DNA from: Takakia lepidozioides
Lineage: Eukaryota; Plantae; Bryophyta
NCBI GenBank assembly: GCA_030704615.1
Contig: CM060731.1
Location: 47,368,001-47,432,000, forward strand
Reading direction: 5' to 3'
DNA length: 64,000 nucleotides
Positions 49,948 through 62,842 of the stretch are shown here, piece after piece. The position numbers and the translations under genes were made by a program. Every line of letters starts with the position of its first letter. Position 1 is the first letter of the stretch. The notes under the pieces were generated by a model. The model ran no database searches. It was not told the DNA's origin and saw only the letters and a list, made by a program, of their open reading frames with translations.

Positions 49948-51963
49948 TAAGTATGGCACTTAGTATATATAATGAACACTGGTATTGATGAAAAAGCCAC
50001 AAAAAGAAGGCAGCCATGTTCAAAATAGACACACATCACATGAATCCGTATACAAGTAGACAACCATTCAAACTTATGTGTCCCAAAGTTTCAAATGGTG
50101 CAGCAAAATAAAAGGAACGTCCTGTGATCTACCTCAAGCCCGAAACAGTGCCTTGAAACTACATATAGCAACACCTTATAGACAACATATTCACACCAGG
50201 CAAGAGAGGAGGTTGGCTTGCAGGAAACTTGTATGAATACTGGTGCCCTGAACGTATACTAGACTGGTGTGGTATCTACGCTTATCGTCCGACTAGTATG
50301 TGGGTACCTTGGTATGGCCATGGGTATTGCCCAACCGTAGACCAGGCTAGTCTGTTATAATATCCAATATATATACTGGGCCTCAGACCATATACCAGTT
50401 CAACATTGGTCGGTGCATGCCAGGCCACAGCGGTGAAATACCGTACATAAACAAACTTGTTGGCAATGCTCATCCACGTTTTCCCAAATCACCATCCAAA
50501 TCGACATCCAAAATTCATCCTGCATGCAAGGAGCCTGGATTATCTTAAGATTATCTACATAGAAGTAGTTGTAAAATTAAAGTGTAGTACCCCGACCTAC
50601 ATTGAACCCAACACGCCAACGGAATATCAGGGTGTGGAATATCAGGGTGTGGTGCCCACCCTTGCATTGAACCCTATATCCCATGAAAAGCGGGCACTGA
50701 ATATCGTTCCGTGCACTGAACTCGAGCGCCGTATTCAGGGCCTCGAATACGCCCCTGAATCCAAGTCAACATGACCAGCCCATGTCTAGCGCGTGGGTGT
50801 CAGCAGCTTGGCAAAGAGCACGGCCCTCCTGCCAATGGGAGTCGAGTTGCGCGGGGGATAGCGTGGGCGATTCAAGGGCAAGGGTGTGCGCGAGGAGGAG
50901 GGGCTGCCTCGCCACAGAACCCAACAGGCCCTAAATCGATCACGTAATTCTGGCGTTAGAGGGAGTCTTTCGGGCTCAAGGGTGGGGATGCTCTTAGAGC
51001 ATCCCCACTCTACACCTCTACTGACCCCTGCACCCGTACTTCTCGTATATAGGTTCAAGTTTGCCTCCAAACGTACCACACCCTTGCCCCGCTGCTGTAT
51101 ACACCGTTAAGGGCGGACACTGAACTGCCTCTCTTTCACTGCATATGTGCAACCGAGTCGTCCCGAGATGGATATGTCAGTGCGTGCTGGCGTGCATGAG
51201 AAGGTTTATGAAGCGTGTCAGAGCGTATGAGAATGTCGCTGGGAACTCTAGCAAGGCGGGGCATGACGAGGGGTAAGGGCCCCTTCACACACCTTTTGAG
51301 AGTCCTGAACCAACCTCTTCAAAATGGACGTAGTGGGGCCATTTCCTTGAGAAGGGTGGGGATACTCTAAGGAAGGTGGTGAAGAGGGAGTCACTGAAAA
51401 GCACAATGTCAATGAAGGAATTATATGTCAATTCATAAGAAAATGCTATAAAACAGCCCCACAACAATCATGTCAATCCAACCTGGAGATTGACGGAATT
51501 CCTTGTCACAAAGTTTGAAGTCATGGAATGGACAATGCCATGCGGCCTCAGACAAAAGAACACTAGCTAGTTCCTACTTCTTAGGCAGGAGTTTCCTGGA
51601 TGACTGGAAAGAATAAAATTATGCTACAAGCATCCCCTTTAAGGACATGGAGGGTGAATTTCAAGCAGCATTGTTACTTTGACTCTGTGGATAGCTGTGT
51701 TTTGCTCCAAGTGATCTGCAGTATGGCACTGACCGTGGTTCACCCTTAGCCGGCCTGGAGCCATGCTGCAGAGCTAATTGCATCTTTTACATCAAATTTC
51801 TTCGTATTTTGGTTGGTGAAAGTTAGCTTGAGTTGCCAGTGATGTCTGGATTGTCAGGCTAAGACTGGGCCTCATCCCGTGAACAAGTTGTTTCATACTC
51901 ATTCTGTTGCGGAAAACAGAACGTAAGCTCATAGGAATTACGCTAAGCAAGAGAGATTGAAGT

Positions 51964-54900
51964 CTAGTTGGGCCAAGAAACTGGTGGATCTGGCTGTGCC
52001 GCCCCATTCTCCACCACAGCACGAACAACATCTGGTGGGATTTCGTCCAAGTCCAAACCTTTTTCAATGGCATCAAAGTGGTGGAAAAATGATGGGCCTG
52101 ACGTACACCATTCAGGGTTCAAATCCCCAGGCCTCGCAACCTTTTGCCTGCAGATATAACCAAATTGCATATGTTCACAACTTTGTATTGAAAATGTGAC
52201 CAGTGATCGAAAAAATGGGGCAGGTAGAAACACTTTTCCTTCTCATCTTTTCTCTCTCCAGACATTCTCTTAACAAATCCTTGACCATCCACTGCGAACA
52301 CTGGCTACAGTGAGGGCAGTAGTCTCAGCCGAATATGAACTGCCCCAGGGCCATTCATGCTAACACAGGGCTTTCAGAATCAGCCTGAGATTGCCACAAT
52401 TCTCACCCATGGTTGACCTCGGGTTACAGGGAACTCAGTGTTGATTTTAAGGCTGGTCCAAATCAAGCAAGGAACCACAAAATGAATCCATCACTGCTAC
52501 TCTACACCCCGACCTTCCAGAGATGTGAGATAAGTAGCACTGATTTCATCTTCACACTGCTCTGTGAGAAGGATGAAGAGAAGGGGTATACAGAATGTGT
52601 TTATTGCTGAATCCATAACAAACTTGGCTATGACATACCCTCGAGGCCATGGTCCTCACAGGATTTTTAACTCTACCACAATCAGGTGTGGGATTCCTAC
52701 CCAGAAGCATAGAAACTAGCCTGAAATTGCCATGGGTCACTAACAGAGGGAGACAAACCCCACGGATTTTTAAACAGCCAATGCACATTTCAGGGAACAG
52801 GAAAGTGGGGGAGTAGGAGGACAAGAAGATAGGAGAACAAGGGTAAATGCCAATCCAAAAGGCTTGCTACACTGATACAATGTATCATAGCTTCCACATT
52901 TCCAGCAGAGAGATTCTTTAACCTTTTATACCGAAAATGAGAGAGAACCTGAGAGAATTGAGATAATGGAATACCATTCTTGGTCGTCAATCATACAATC
53001 AGTCATGCCAAAGGACCGAAGTTCATCTGCACTGTGGTGTATGCTCAAACTATACCTGCGTCCATCTAGCCCCCACATTGATATGAGTCCCATTGATATG
53101 AACTTCTTGTTAGTACTCAAAACATACACAGCACCTAGAGAGGGAAACTGTGTTATCTGAAGAAATGCTTACACAAGGCTAAGCCAATCTAAACCAAACT
53201 TTCGTGGAATTGTTTCGTTAAATCACCCCAGCCTTTGGCAAGCTGTGCAAGGATGTGAAAATGGCCACTCCAGCTTGTGTTAGAGAGAGGGAGACTTCTA
53301 GTAGCCGTTGTGATCATCCTCGAGTAAGTTTCACCAGGCCACAAAGGGAGTGGGAGAGATTGTACTCATAAGACGTTGTTTGCCGTAGCCTTGTGGCCAT
53401 TGACCCCGCGCCCAGTTTGAGCGGGAACAAAAGGGACAGAACCTACCTCTGTCAGGGGCTGACGTTTGTAGTAAGACTTACCTTCATATAAAGAATTAAT
53501 CCGGGTTTTCCAGATATCCTCTAGAAATCCCTTCACACAAGCATCAATCTGCTGTGTGTGATTTGCCCAAAAACTAGGCCTCAGGAGGGCCTGGGCTTTT
53601 GGCTCAGCCTCGAGACTTTCAAAGTTGGTAAACAGGGGTACAGGCACAATTCCCTCGATAGGATTGAAGAGAGCGTCTCTTTGGTGAGAGAACCCCGGAC
53701 AGTGTATCAGAAAATGAATACTGTCTTCAGATTGCCCACACAACGGGCAATTGCACTCTCCCTTTCCTCTCTGCTTCTGTTTGCTGTTCAAAGGTAGGCT
53801 TCCTGCCCTGAGTTTAAATTTCAGTCTAGTGCCGAGAGTGGGTAGACCCTTGAGGTCATCCAATATGTCCTCCCCCATGTCACTGACTGGAAACAAGTTC
53901 AGGGAAGTTTTCTGCCTAACTTCATTTTCATCAGACAATCTCATGGCAACAGACATGGCTTTGGACACTACAGCCTCTAAGTCAGATTTATCCAGCAGGG
54001 TTAACACTTGCGGATCCAGGTCCAGGTCCTTGAGAATCTCTTCTACTCTCTTCTGTCAGGACTTAGCCTGTTTGACAGGGCGGTCCTGTTTCCAAGATAT
54101 AGAGTCGATTAACTTAGGATATCTGGTGTTGGGCATATGTTGCAGCTGACCCCACCATCTGACCTTGAATTCATCTCGTCGGGAGCTTAAGGACGGAATG
54201 CCAAACTCACCCTGAACAGCCACATTGGCTGTTTTGGAGCATGCTGACATACACTCCTTAAGCACCCCCACTTGAATGGATTCTAGAGACTTAGCCTGGT
54301 TGGAGTTATCAACCCATATAGCAGATCCGTACTCCAAGGCAGGTCTAATAACGCGACAAAGCATGGTTTTCTTAACCTCAGAGTTGACCCCTCTGCAGTG
54401 GAAAAATTTAGTGAGCCCCAGAGCTTTGCCCTTGCCAGTTTGAACAACTTTGCGGATATGTGCATCCCAATTACAATTGGAGGAGAACTCAACGCCCAGG
54501 TAAGTGTAGGAAGGGAGGACCGGGATCTCTTGGCTACCCCACTGCCACTTAAGATCACTTCCTCCCTCTCCTCTGTCGTTGAATGCTACCACTGCACATT
54601 TGCTGACATTAGCCTTTAGCCCCCAAAGATCAAAGTATCTCTTCGCGCACTCAATCAACTCCTGGAGATTGGTTGGAGTCTCCCCTATGCCTGCGAAGTC
54701 ATCCGCAAACATAAGGGCTGGTATGGTGGTATCACCCACCCTTAACCCAAATCCCTCACTTTCCACATCCTCGAGGAGTTGATTGATAAAAACATTGAAG
54801 AGCAGAGGGGAGAGAGTACATCCTTGAGCTACACCTTGGTCTATGTCAGAGAAGTTGGACTTCTGTCCGTTAACAGTGACACAGCTTTTGGTGTGAGCAT

Positions 54901-57900
54901 ACAAGTTGTGGACAACTCTCCACATCTTTCCCTTGATCCCACAAGACCAGAGGCGGAACCATAGGCCATCTCTCCACAGTGTCATAAGCCTTTTTGACAT
55001 CCAGGAAAAAAGCGTAAGTGGGTTTCCCTTCTTTTTTCCTTCCCTGGATAATCTGGCTTAGAGTGAAGATATGATCCACACAGCCCCTGTTTCGCCGAAA
55101 GCCAGCTTGGCCTTCGTGGAAACAACCTCTAGACTCCAGATCAACCTCGAGACGAGTACTTATAACTCTGCAGAATGTCTTGCCAACAGCATTGAGGAGC
55201 GTGATGCCATGGTAGTTCCCCGGTTCTTCTCTGTCACCCTTCTTGTATAGATTGACAATAACCCCCTGTCGCCAGCGAAAGGGGATCATTTCAGTCTTCC
55301 AGATAAGGTTAAAGAGGAGAACTAGGGCCTCTATCATGGGATCGCCACCGTGCTTGATAAGCTCGTTGACAATACCATCAGGTCCACCAGCTTTATATCC
55401 ATTTAAAGGTTCAATTGCTTCCACAATCTCAGAAGAACTAATGGGAGCGTTATGAGCCATTGAAATATACTCCAGTTCATCAGGGCTGTTTTGAATCATA
55501 GTAACAGTTTTTCCAACTGTGTCCCTCCATTCAGCAGAAGACCCCTCACTGTTAGACCTAGAAGTTCTGCCAAGGATACTGCAGTGTTTTTCAAAGGTTT
55601 TGACAATGTCAACCGATGAAGTCACCACTGCACCTTTAGTAGTCTTCAGCGCTTGTACTTGCTGACTGTTTTTAGGCTTGTACAAACGTTGAAGGGCCAA
55701 CCAGAATTTCTTGTCATTACCACCATGGTGGTTTGAGTTTATTTCACTGTATAACTTGTCCCAGTATAATTTCTTCTGAGACCTAACAAGCTGATTGATA
55801 TCTTTACGGAGCTGGTAGTACCTCGCCCACAATTCTCTGTTGGTTTTCAAATTGCAGCACTCTTTATAAAGGGCTCGTCTCTCAGCTATCTTGAGTTTGA
55901 TCTCATTGGTCCACCAATTAACAGCTCTACCGCAGACAATTAGTTTCCTCCCAATGATCTTGTCAGCCACGGAGGAAACGAAACTCTCCCAAGAGTCCAC
56001 TGCTCTTTTGCGTCGTCAGAGCGAGACTGAAGTTCTTGGAGCGATTGGACAAAATGAGGGAGAGCCTCTTCCAAGGCCCGGACGTACTCAGCCTTGACCT
56101 CCTCATTATGGAATTTTTCTATGCACCACTTCCGAATCGAACGTTTCACAGATCTCTTGGTGTTGGGAAAACACCGTTTGATCTCAGTCCAAACCAGGAA
56201 GTGGTCAGAGGTACCAATATCAGTTCTGTCAATCAACACATTGGCACACTGGGGAAACAAATTTTTGTCCATTATGATATAGTCCACAATGGAACGTTCC
56301 CCAGTTTGGGATTTCTCACGAGTCCACTGCACTTGGTCACCTCTTGTCCTGTTATTCAAGGTCAAAAGCTGAAGCTCTTCCAGACAGTTAATTAACCGTC
56401 TGCCATTAGAATTCAGCTCGTCCTCACCAAAAGGCCCAATGATATCGTCCTGATGGAGCCCTTTGCCCACCCGGGCATTGAAGTCACCCAATAGCACTAC
56501 CTGACCTTTGGCAAGGAATGAAGCACAGTCCAGCTTTACATCTTCGAAGGCTTTGTCTGCGTCAGCACTAAGGGTCCCCTCTGTGGGCATGTAAACACAA
56601 CCCACAAAGAGGTCCTTTGTACTCATGCCGCCCTTCAGATTCAGTTTCAGCCAGATACTATGCCCGTACCTCAAACCCTTGTTGATAATTTCACAATTAT
56701 CAAACAAGAAATCACGGACAAAGAATCCAACCCCTTTTTGACCGCGTTTGGCAGAGGCTGCCTTGAGAGTACACATCCTACCTGCCCATTTATAACCATT
56801 GACATCTCCAACCAGTTTATCCGACGTTTCCCATGTTTCTTGCCCAGCACAGATATGAATATCATTAGTCCGAAGGACTTGTCCCACTTCGAGTTGTTTC
56901 CTGTGGTTAGTAAGCCCTGAGAAGTTGAAAGTGGCCAGCCGCAAGCCAGCCCTTTGCATGTGAATTGTTTGTCGTCTAGGTAGCTTGTGATTGCTCCTGG
57001 ACGGCCAACCGTTCTGCAAAGGGGGGACAGTTACCCCATGTGTAGATTTTGCTCGTCTTGTGTAAACTTTGAGAATTGGTAAACCATTCAGGGTACCAAA
57101 TCCTTCAGTTACACGACGCACAGGCTCCGCACACTTAGGGGCATATTGTCCGTCAGACTGCTTGGGGACAATTACCCCGTGTATAGATTTTGCTCGTCTT
57201 GTGCAGACTTTGAGGATTGGTAAACCATTTAGAGTACCAAGTCCTTCAGTTACACGATGTTCAGGCTCTGCACACTTAGGGACAGATTGTCTGTCTGACG
57301 GCTTGGGGACAATTACCCCGTGTATAGAATTTGTTCGTCTTGTGTAAACCTTGAGGATTGGTAAACCATTCAGAGTACCAAATCCTTCAGATTCAGGACG
57401 TTCAGGTTCTGTACACTTAGGGGCATCTTGTCCTTCTGGCTGTTTGGATTCAACCTCATCCAGAGCATCAAACCGATTAGAAACTCTCAAGTTGAAGAGT
57501 GGGAGAGAGAGAGAGAGATGACAAGCCCATGATACAATTTGAAATGAAAGGATCAAAGGATCCACACATTTGAGCTACAATGAAAAGCGAGAACAGAAAC
57601 TGGATTGAGTACAACGCACCGGCCACCACGGCCAAGCTCCATCACAAGCATGCCGGTGTGGCCAAAATTCCAAAGGCCTTCAAACTGCTGCACACTCCAT
57701 TTGAACCAACGCATCAGAAATACACGCAGTGTGAGCCCATGGGACACAAGGATCAGGTTCATGTTGTTAGAGTGAGTCTCAGACCGCTGGAAACGGCCCA
57801 TATCGATATCCGCTCTCAGAGTTTCCCTGAATCCTGCATTACTTCCAAAATTTGTAATTAAAATCTAAATTATTCAATGCACCTGAAGCCTCAATCAGAC

Positions 57901-60900
57901 CAATGAGACTGTAACTGGCACAGCCACGTGCAGAAATTCTTTCTAATTTTTGGCTGACCGATGACTATCAATCCAGAGGGGGAGTCTGATAACAGAAAGA
58001 AATCACTCAGAAATTTACATACTGACCTGTGGCCTGCCACAGTTGTCTTAAGAATCCCATATTGCACCATGCAGGAACAAGAAAGGGTATGAAGGCCTGC
58101 AGGAGTTCGTGGTGGGTTCTTGGTGACAAGCAACAAAGTGCAGACAAGGTTTAAATGGTAGGTAAACTTGCCTGTGATGCGATCATAGACATCGGCAGCA
58201 GATTCACCATTTGGGAACCGGTAGAAGAAACGGCCATAACGAATTCTTACAGCTTTCTCCACCTGCATGCGCTCTCGGTCCTGAAAGTTGCCTGCACATT
58301 CCAGGACACTGATTGCTTAGGTATTTCAGAGCTACTATCCAAGAAATCATGGCAGAAGTTTACTTACACATCTTAGAAGTACAGATACACTATGACCAGA
58401 GAAGAGCATGAGGAAGGCCCATGCTGTAACTGACAAGTGTTTTGGCCTAGTTGGGCTTCAGGTGTAACTTGTTTTGGATAGCAAGCAGTTCCACATATTG
58501 GACCATCTCCTGACATTGTACCTTTGACAAATTATGGATTCCAGTAATCCTAGAATTTCCTTATGTAGACTTGGTCGTGACAAGCTCCTTGTCAATATGG
58601 ATTACAGATCAACATTCTCTCAGTTCATATGCCCTTGGTTTGTTTTTCCCCATTTTGATTCTCTTTGCGGTTAAGGTGGGTGATACCACCATACCAGCCC
58701 TTATGTTTGCGGATGACTTCGCAGGCATAGGGGAGACTCCAACCAATCGCCAGGAGTTGATTGATTGCGCGAAGAGATACTTTGATCTTTGGGGGCTAGA
58801 GGCTAATGTCAGCAAATGTGCAGTGGTAGCATTCAACGACAGAGGAGAGGGAGGAAGTGATCTTAAGTGGCAGTGGGGTAGCCAAGAGATCCCGGTCCTC
58901 CCTTCCTACACTTACCTGGGCGTTGAGTTCTCCTCCAATTGTAATTGGGATGCACATATCCGGAAAGTTGTTCAAACTGGCAAGGGCAAAGCTCTGGGGC
59001 TCACTAAATTTTTCCACTGCAGAGGGGTCAACTCTGAGGTTAAGAAAACCATGCTTTGTCGCGTTATTAGACCTGCCTTGGAGTACGGATCTGCTATATG
59101 GGTTGATAACTCCAACCAGGCTAAGTCTCTAGAATCCATTCAAGTGGGGGTGCTTAAGGAGTGTATGTCAGCAAGCTCCAAAACAGCCAATGTGGCTGTT
59201 CAGGGTGAGTTTGGCATTCCGTCCTTAAGCTCCTGACGAGATGAATTCAAGGTCAGATGGTGGGGTCAGCTGCAACATATGCCCAACACCAGATATCCTA
59301 AATTAATCGACTCTATATCTTGGAAACAGGACCGCCCTGTCAAACAGGCTAAGTCCTGGCAGAAGAGAGTAGAAGAGATCCTCAAGGACCTGGACCTGGA
59401 TCCGCTAGTCTTGACCCTGCTGGATAAATCTGACTTAGAGGCTGTAGTGTCCAAAGCCATGTCTGTTGCCATGAGATTGTCTGATGAAAATGAAGTTAGG
59501 CAGAAAACTTCCCTGAACTTGTTTCCAGTCTGTGACATGGGGGAGGACATCTTGGATGACCTCAAGGGTCTACCCACTCTCGGCACTAGACTGAAATTTA
59601 AACTCAGGGCAGGAAGCCTACCTTTGAACAGCAAACAGAAGCAGAGAGGAAAGGGAGAGTGCAATTGCCCGTTGTGTGGGCAATCTGAAGACAGTATTCA
59701 TTTTCTGATACACTGTCCGGGGTTCTCTCACCAAAGAGACGCTCTCTTCAAAGGGAATTGTGCCTGTACCCCTGTTTACCAACTTTGAAAGTCTCGAGGC
59801 TGAGCCAAAAGCCCAGGCCCTCCTGAGGCCTAGTTTTTGGGCAAATCACACACAGCAGATTGATGCTTGTGTGAAGGGATTTCTAGAGGATATCTGGAAA
59901 ACCCGGATTAATTCTTTATATGGAGGTAAGTCTTACTACCAACGTCAGCCCCTGACAGAGGTAGGTTCTGTCCCTTTTGTTCCCGCTCAAACTGGGCACG
60001 GGGTCAATGGCCACAAGGCTACGGCAAACAACGTCTTATGAGTACAATCTCTTTGCGGTGATAGTATGTATGACCTCTTCTGTTATTGTAGAACAATTTA
60101 GTTTCATCTCAACCTCAGTGTCTCCCTTTCCCAAAGCTGTACTAGAGGTCCATGCGAAAGGCATTTCAACAATGGAAATCAGAGAAAGAGAGAAGCAGAG
60201 AAAGTAAAACCTACAAAGAGGGAGAGAAAAGAATGTACTCATAAAACGTTGTTTGCCGTAGACTTGTGGCTATAGACCCTGCGCCTAGTTTGGATGGAAC
60301 AAGAGGAACAGATACTACCATTGTGAGGGCTCACTCCAGCAGTGGGACTTACCTTGATATAAAAGTGGGAGAGAAAGAGAAAGTGGAAAGGTTGGATGGA
60401 AGTAATACCCACCAGTATCTTGTGCTCGCAACCGCGGCTCCTCCCTCACACCGGCAATGCGCTCATACTCAAAGGCCATGCCAATACCTCGCAGTGTCTG
60501 CAATGTGCGCCTGTAGGGTGATACATAGAAGAAGACCTGCCAGTCATCTTCTCCATCACTCTCAATGATCTTGCGAATTCTCTTGCCGCACTGCACTGCT
60601 TGCTTCCATCCGTCCTCCGTTAGAGCAATCCTGGAGTCAGGGATGCAAGTGTAGGCGTTCTCATCAATGTGCCCTTCACTTTGGCCATGACGGATGAGGA
60701 TGATTCTTTGAGGCCGGGGGGGTTGTCCTGAAACATTTTTGTTCAATTAGACTGGTTTAAATTGCAGAGCTATAGATTTGCACAGCTCTTGGCACAGAAG
60801 GAACACATGCAATCACATCTGAGAATCAATGCAAAAGACAAAGAATATCATATTTTCACCTTGTCAAGTGGCATGAAGGTGTGAGATAGGCTTCATCAGC

Positions 60901-61950
60901 AAGGTCACAACATGAAAGAATTTGGAATTCTGAAGGCAATAAGCCTGGAAAGCCTTAGTGTCTATGACAATGTCCCTTGTGATCAAGTGGACTGATCTGG
61001 GCATCCTACAATTAGGGATTGACTTGACAGGATAAGAATAAGTTTAGAATAAACTCCACATTATGGCAAGGTGAGGAAATAAGGAGAGCACATCCAAAGA
61101 GAGGTCCAAATAGACAAGGCAACCACATTCTAACTGCTAGCCTTCCGGATGTTCCTTGTTGGATGCAGTGAAGGCCTAGATTGTCCACATTGTGCTACCT
61201 TCACCCCAAACCCTAAACCAACCAACAGCAACTAGATGATTCAATGTTTAACTGAAAAAGGTTTGATCAGCTCCTTGCCCCAAGTATTCCCTGTGGCAGA
61301 CGGGAGGGGTTCTTCTCAGAATTTTCACAAACCTTAGTTTGTGTCAACCTGGTCGTTTAGTTAGCCACAAAGTTTACCAGATTGTTATAACCATAGTTAA
61401 TCACGAAATGGGCCTAGTGTTACAGCTCCAATGGCACAGCCGATGAGTTGCACTCACTGAGGAAAAACATATGTAACTGGGAATGCATATTTGCTACATT
61501 GCTCACACGCTGTCACCGACTACAAATTCACCGAGAGCAACAAAAATGCGTAAGGTACATCTTCAAGTACGAATCATACGCACCATTATCCTGCTCAGAA
61601 AGTGCAGACGATATTGCACCCTTATCGAAATGCATGTTTTTGCCCCTAGGATCAGCGTCAAGCTTCCTGAAGCTCTTGATTTTCTTGCTAGGCCAGCTCT
61701 CTGCATTTAGAGGATCGTGGTGGGGCCGAGTCTTTGAGCATACTAGCTGTGTTGACTTCTTGTCTCTCTTCCCAAGTATGCACCCATTGATAGGATGACT
61801 GAGAAAATTTTGAGGAAATCCCGAACTGAACTCACCCGCTTTCGGAGGTATGAGGGCAAGCGGAAGAATTTTGGAAGTTTGCCTGGACGGAGCAATTGGC
61901 ATGTCGACCAGGACCGCCGCTTGCTGTACTACCACAAGTAACACTGCCAT
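51964..61950 (-). CDS. Phosphoglycerate-mutase-like (histidine phosphatase, AT74-like) gene, about 6 exons, LINEs in introns
   Basis: RIILIRHGQSEG (about 60700), VSPYRRTLQT, RFPNGESAADVYDR (about 58200), LVSHGLTLR (about 57740), YSLSIHHS (about 53040), WCTSGPSFF...* (51964). The 5' exon at 61560-61950 is the least certain. Confidence 0.85.
53359..57496 (-). mobile_element. APE-RT LINE, near-complete ORF2 (frameshifted), no poly(A)
   Basis: APE motifs ATFN, QET, GDFNAR, DYI, SDH; RT motifs QAGFR, FLDVKKAYD, QGCTLSPLLF, FADD, YLG; terminal CPLC...H...C. TSD GAGTGGGAGAG at 53348-53358 and 57497-57507. Confidence 0.95.
58672..60048 (+). mobile_element. 5'-truncated copy of the same LINE
   Basis: Reverse-orientation match to 53359-54745. 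TSD CTCTTTGCGGT at 58661-58671 and 60049-60059. Confidence 0.93.
60233..60320 (-). mobile_element. Short diverged 3'-end fragment of the same LINE
   Basis: TGTACTCATAAAACGTTGTTTGCCGTAG matches the family terminus. Confidence 0.75.
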
Positions 61951-62659
61951 CACTCTTCCTCCAAGTCCCGCTTCCTCTACCTGCCTCTCGTCTCTCTCTA
62001 CGTGGTAGGCATTCTACCCTTCTCTGTCTCTCTCGAATCTCTTGAAACCCTCACCACCTTCTTCCCTCCCCATTAACCCCTCACTGACTGCCTGCAGAAT
62101 CTCTCTCTAAATCACTAACTGCGAAACCTACATCAACTCCATTTTTCCTGTTCTCAATTCCAAGCTCCTGAAAATTCAACGCCACTATACACGCAAACAC
62201 CTACTTGTTGCCATCCATGAAAACCGCATCCGACAGCACTATCACTCATCCGTATGATCGGCATCCCAGCGACAGTGAGCTGCAGCGTACTCCCACTCTT
62301 CCTCCGACATGGCCTTCTATCTCTCTCTCTCTCTCTCTCTCTTCTTCCCTCATTTCTCGCCATAGCTGCATCTTTGCAAGGAAAGTATCTCCACGTGGCA
62401 GTACACGGTTCGTCAATTTGTGAATTCACAGCTATTTATACTATCTAATTCAATCTGTTCCTTTGGGACGGATTCCGTTCATCATCACTCAATTTACATC
62501 CGCCGTTCGACCTCTTCAGTCCAGGGACATGTTTTGCTCGTGGGGTTCCTCCCAACAACCAATGGACCCAGATATGCATAAATCAACCAATTCCATTTCT
62601 CCATTTCTCACCTATTCTCATGGATATTGAGCTGACAAGCAAACAAGGCTTCCATACAT

Positions 62660-62842
62660 ACAAGATGAGGGAAGTTTTTTGCCTTCATCAGCATTCAAGT
62701 CAGCTCCATCTAGCAGGGTCAGTTCTTCTTGCCTAATATTCAGGCACTTGAAAATCTCCTCTACACCTTTCCACCAGTGCTTAACAGGGCGGTCTTGCTT
62801 GCAAGAAATAGAGTCCAGCATTCTACGATATCTGGTTTTAGG
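62660..62842 (-). mobile_element. Diverged LINE fragment cut by the Copia insertion
   Basis: RYRRMLDSISCKQDRPVK...VEEI resembles RYPKLIDSISWKQDRPVK...VEEI of the long copy. Confidence 0.7.
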
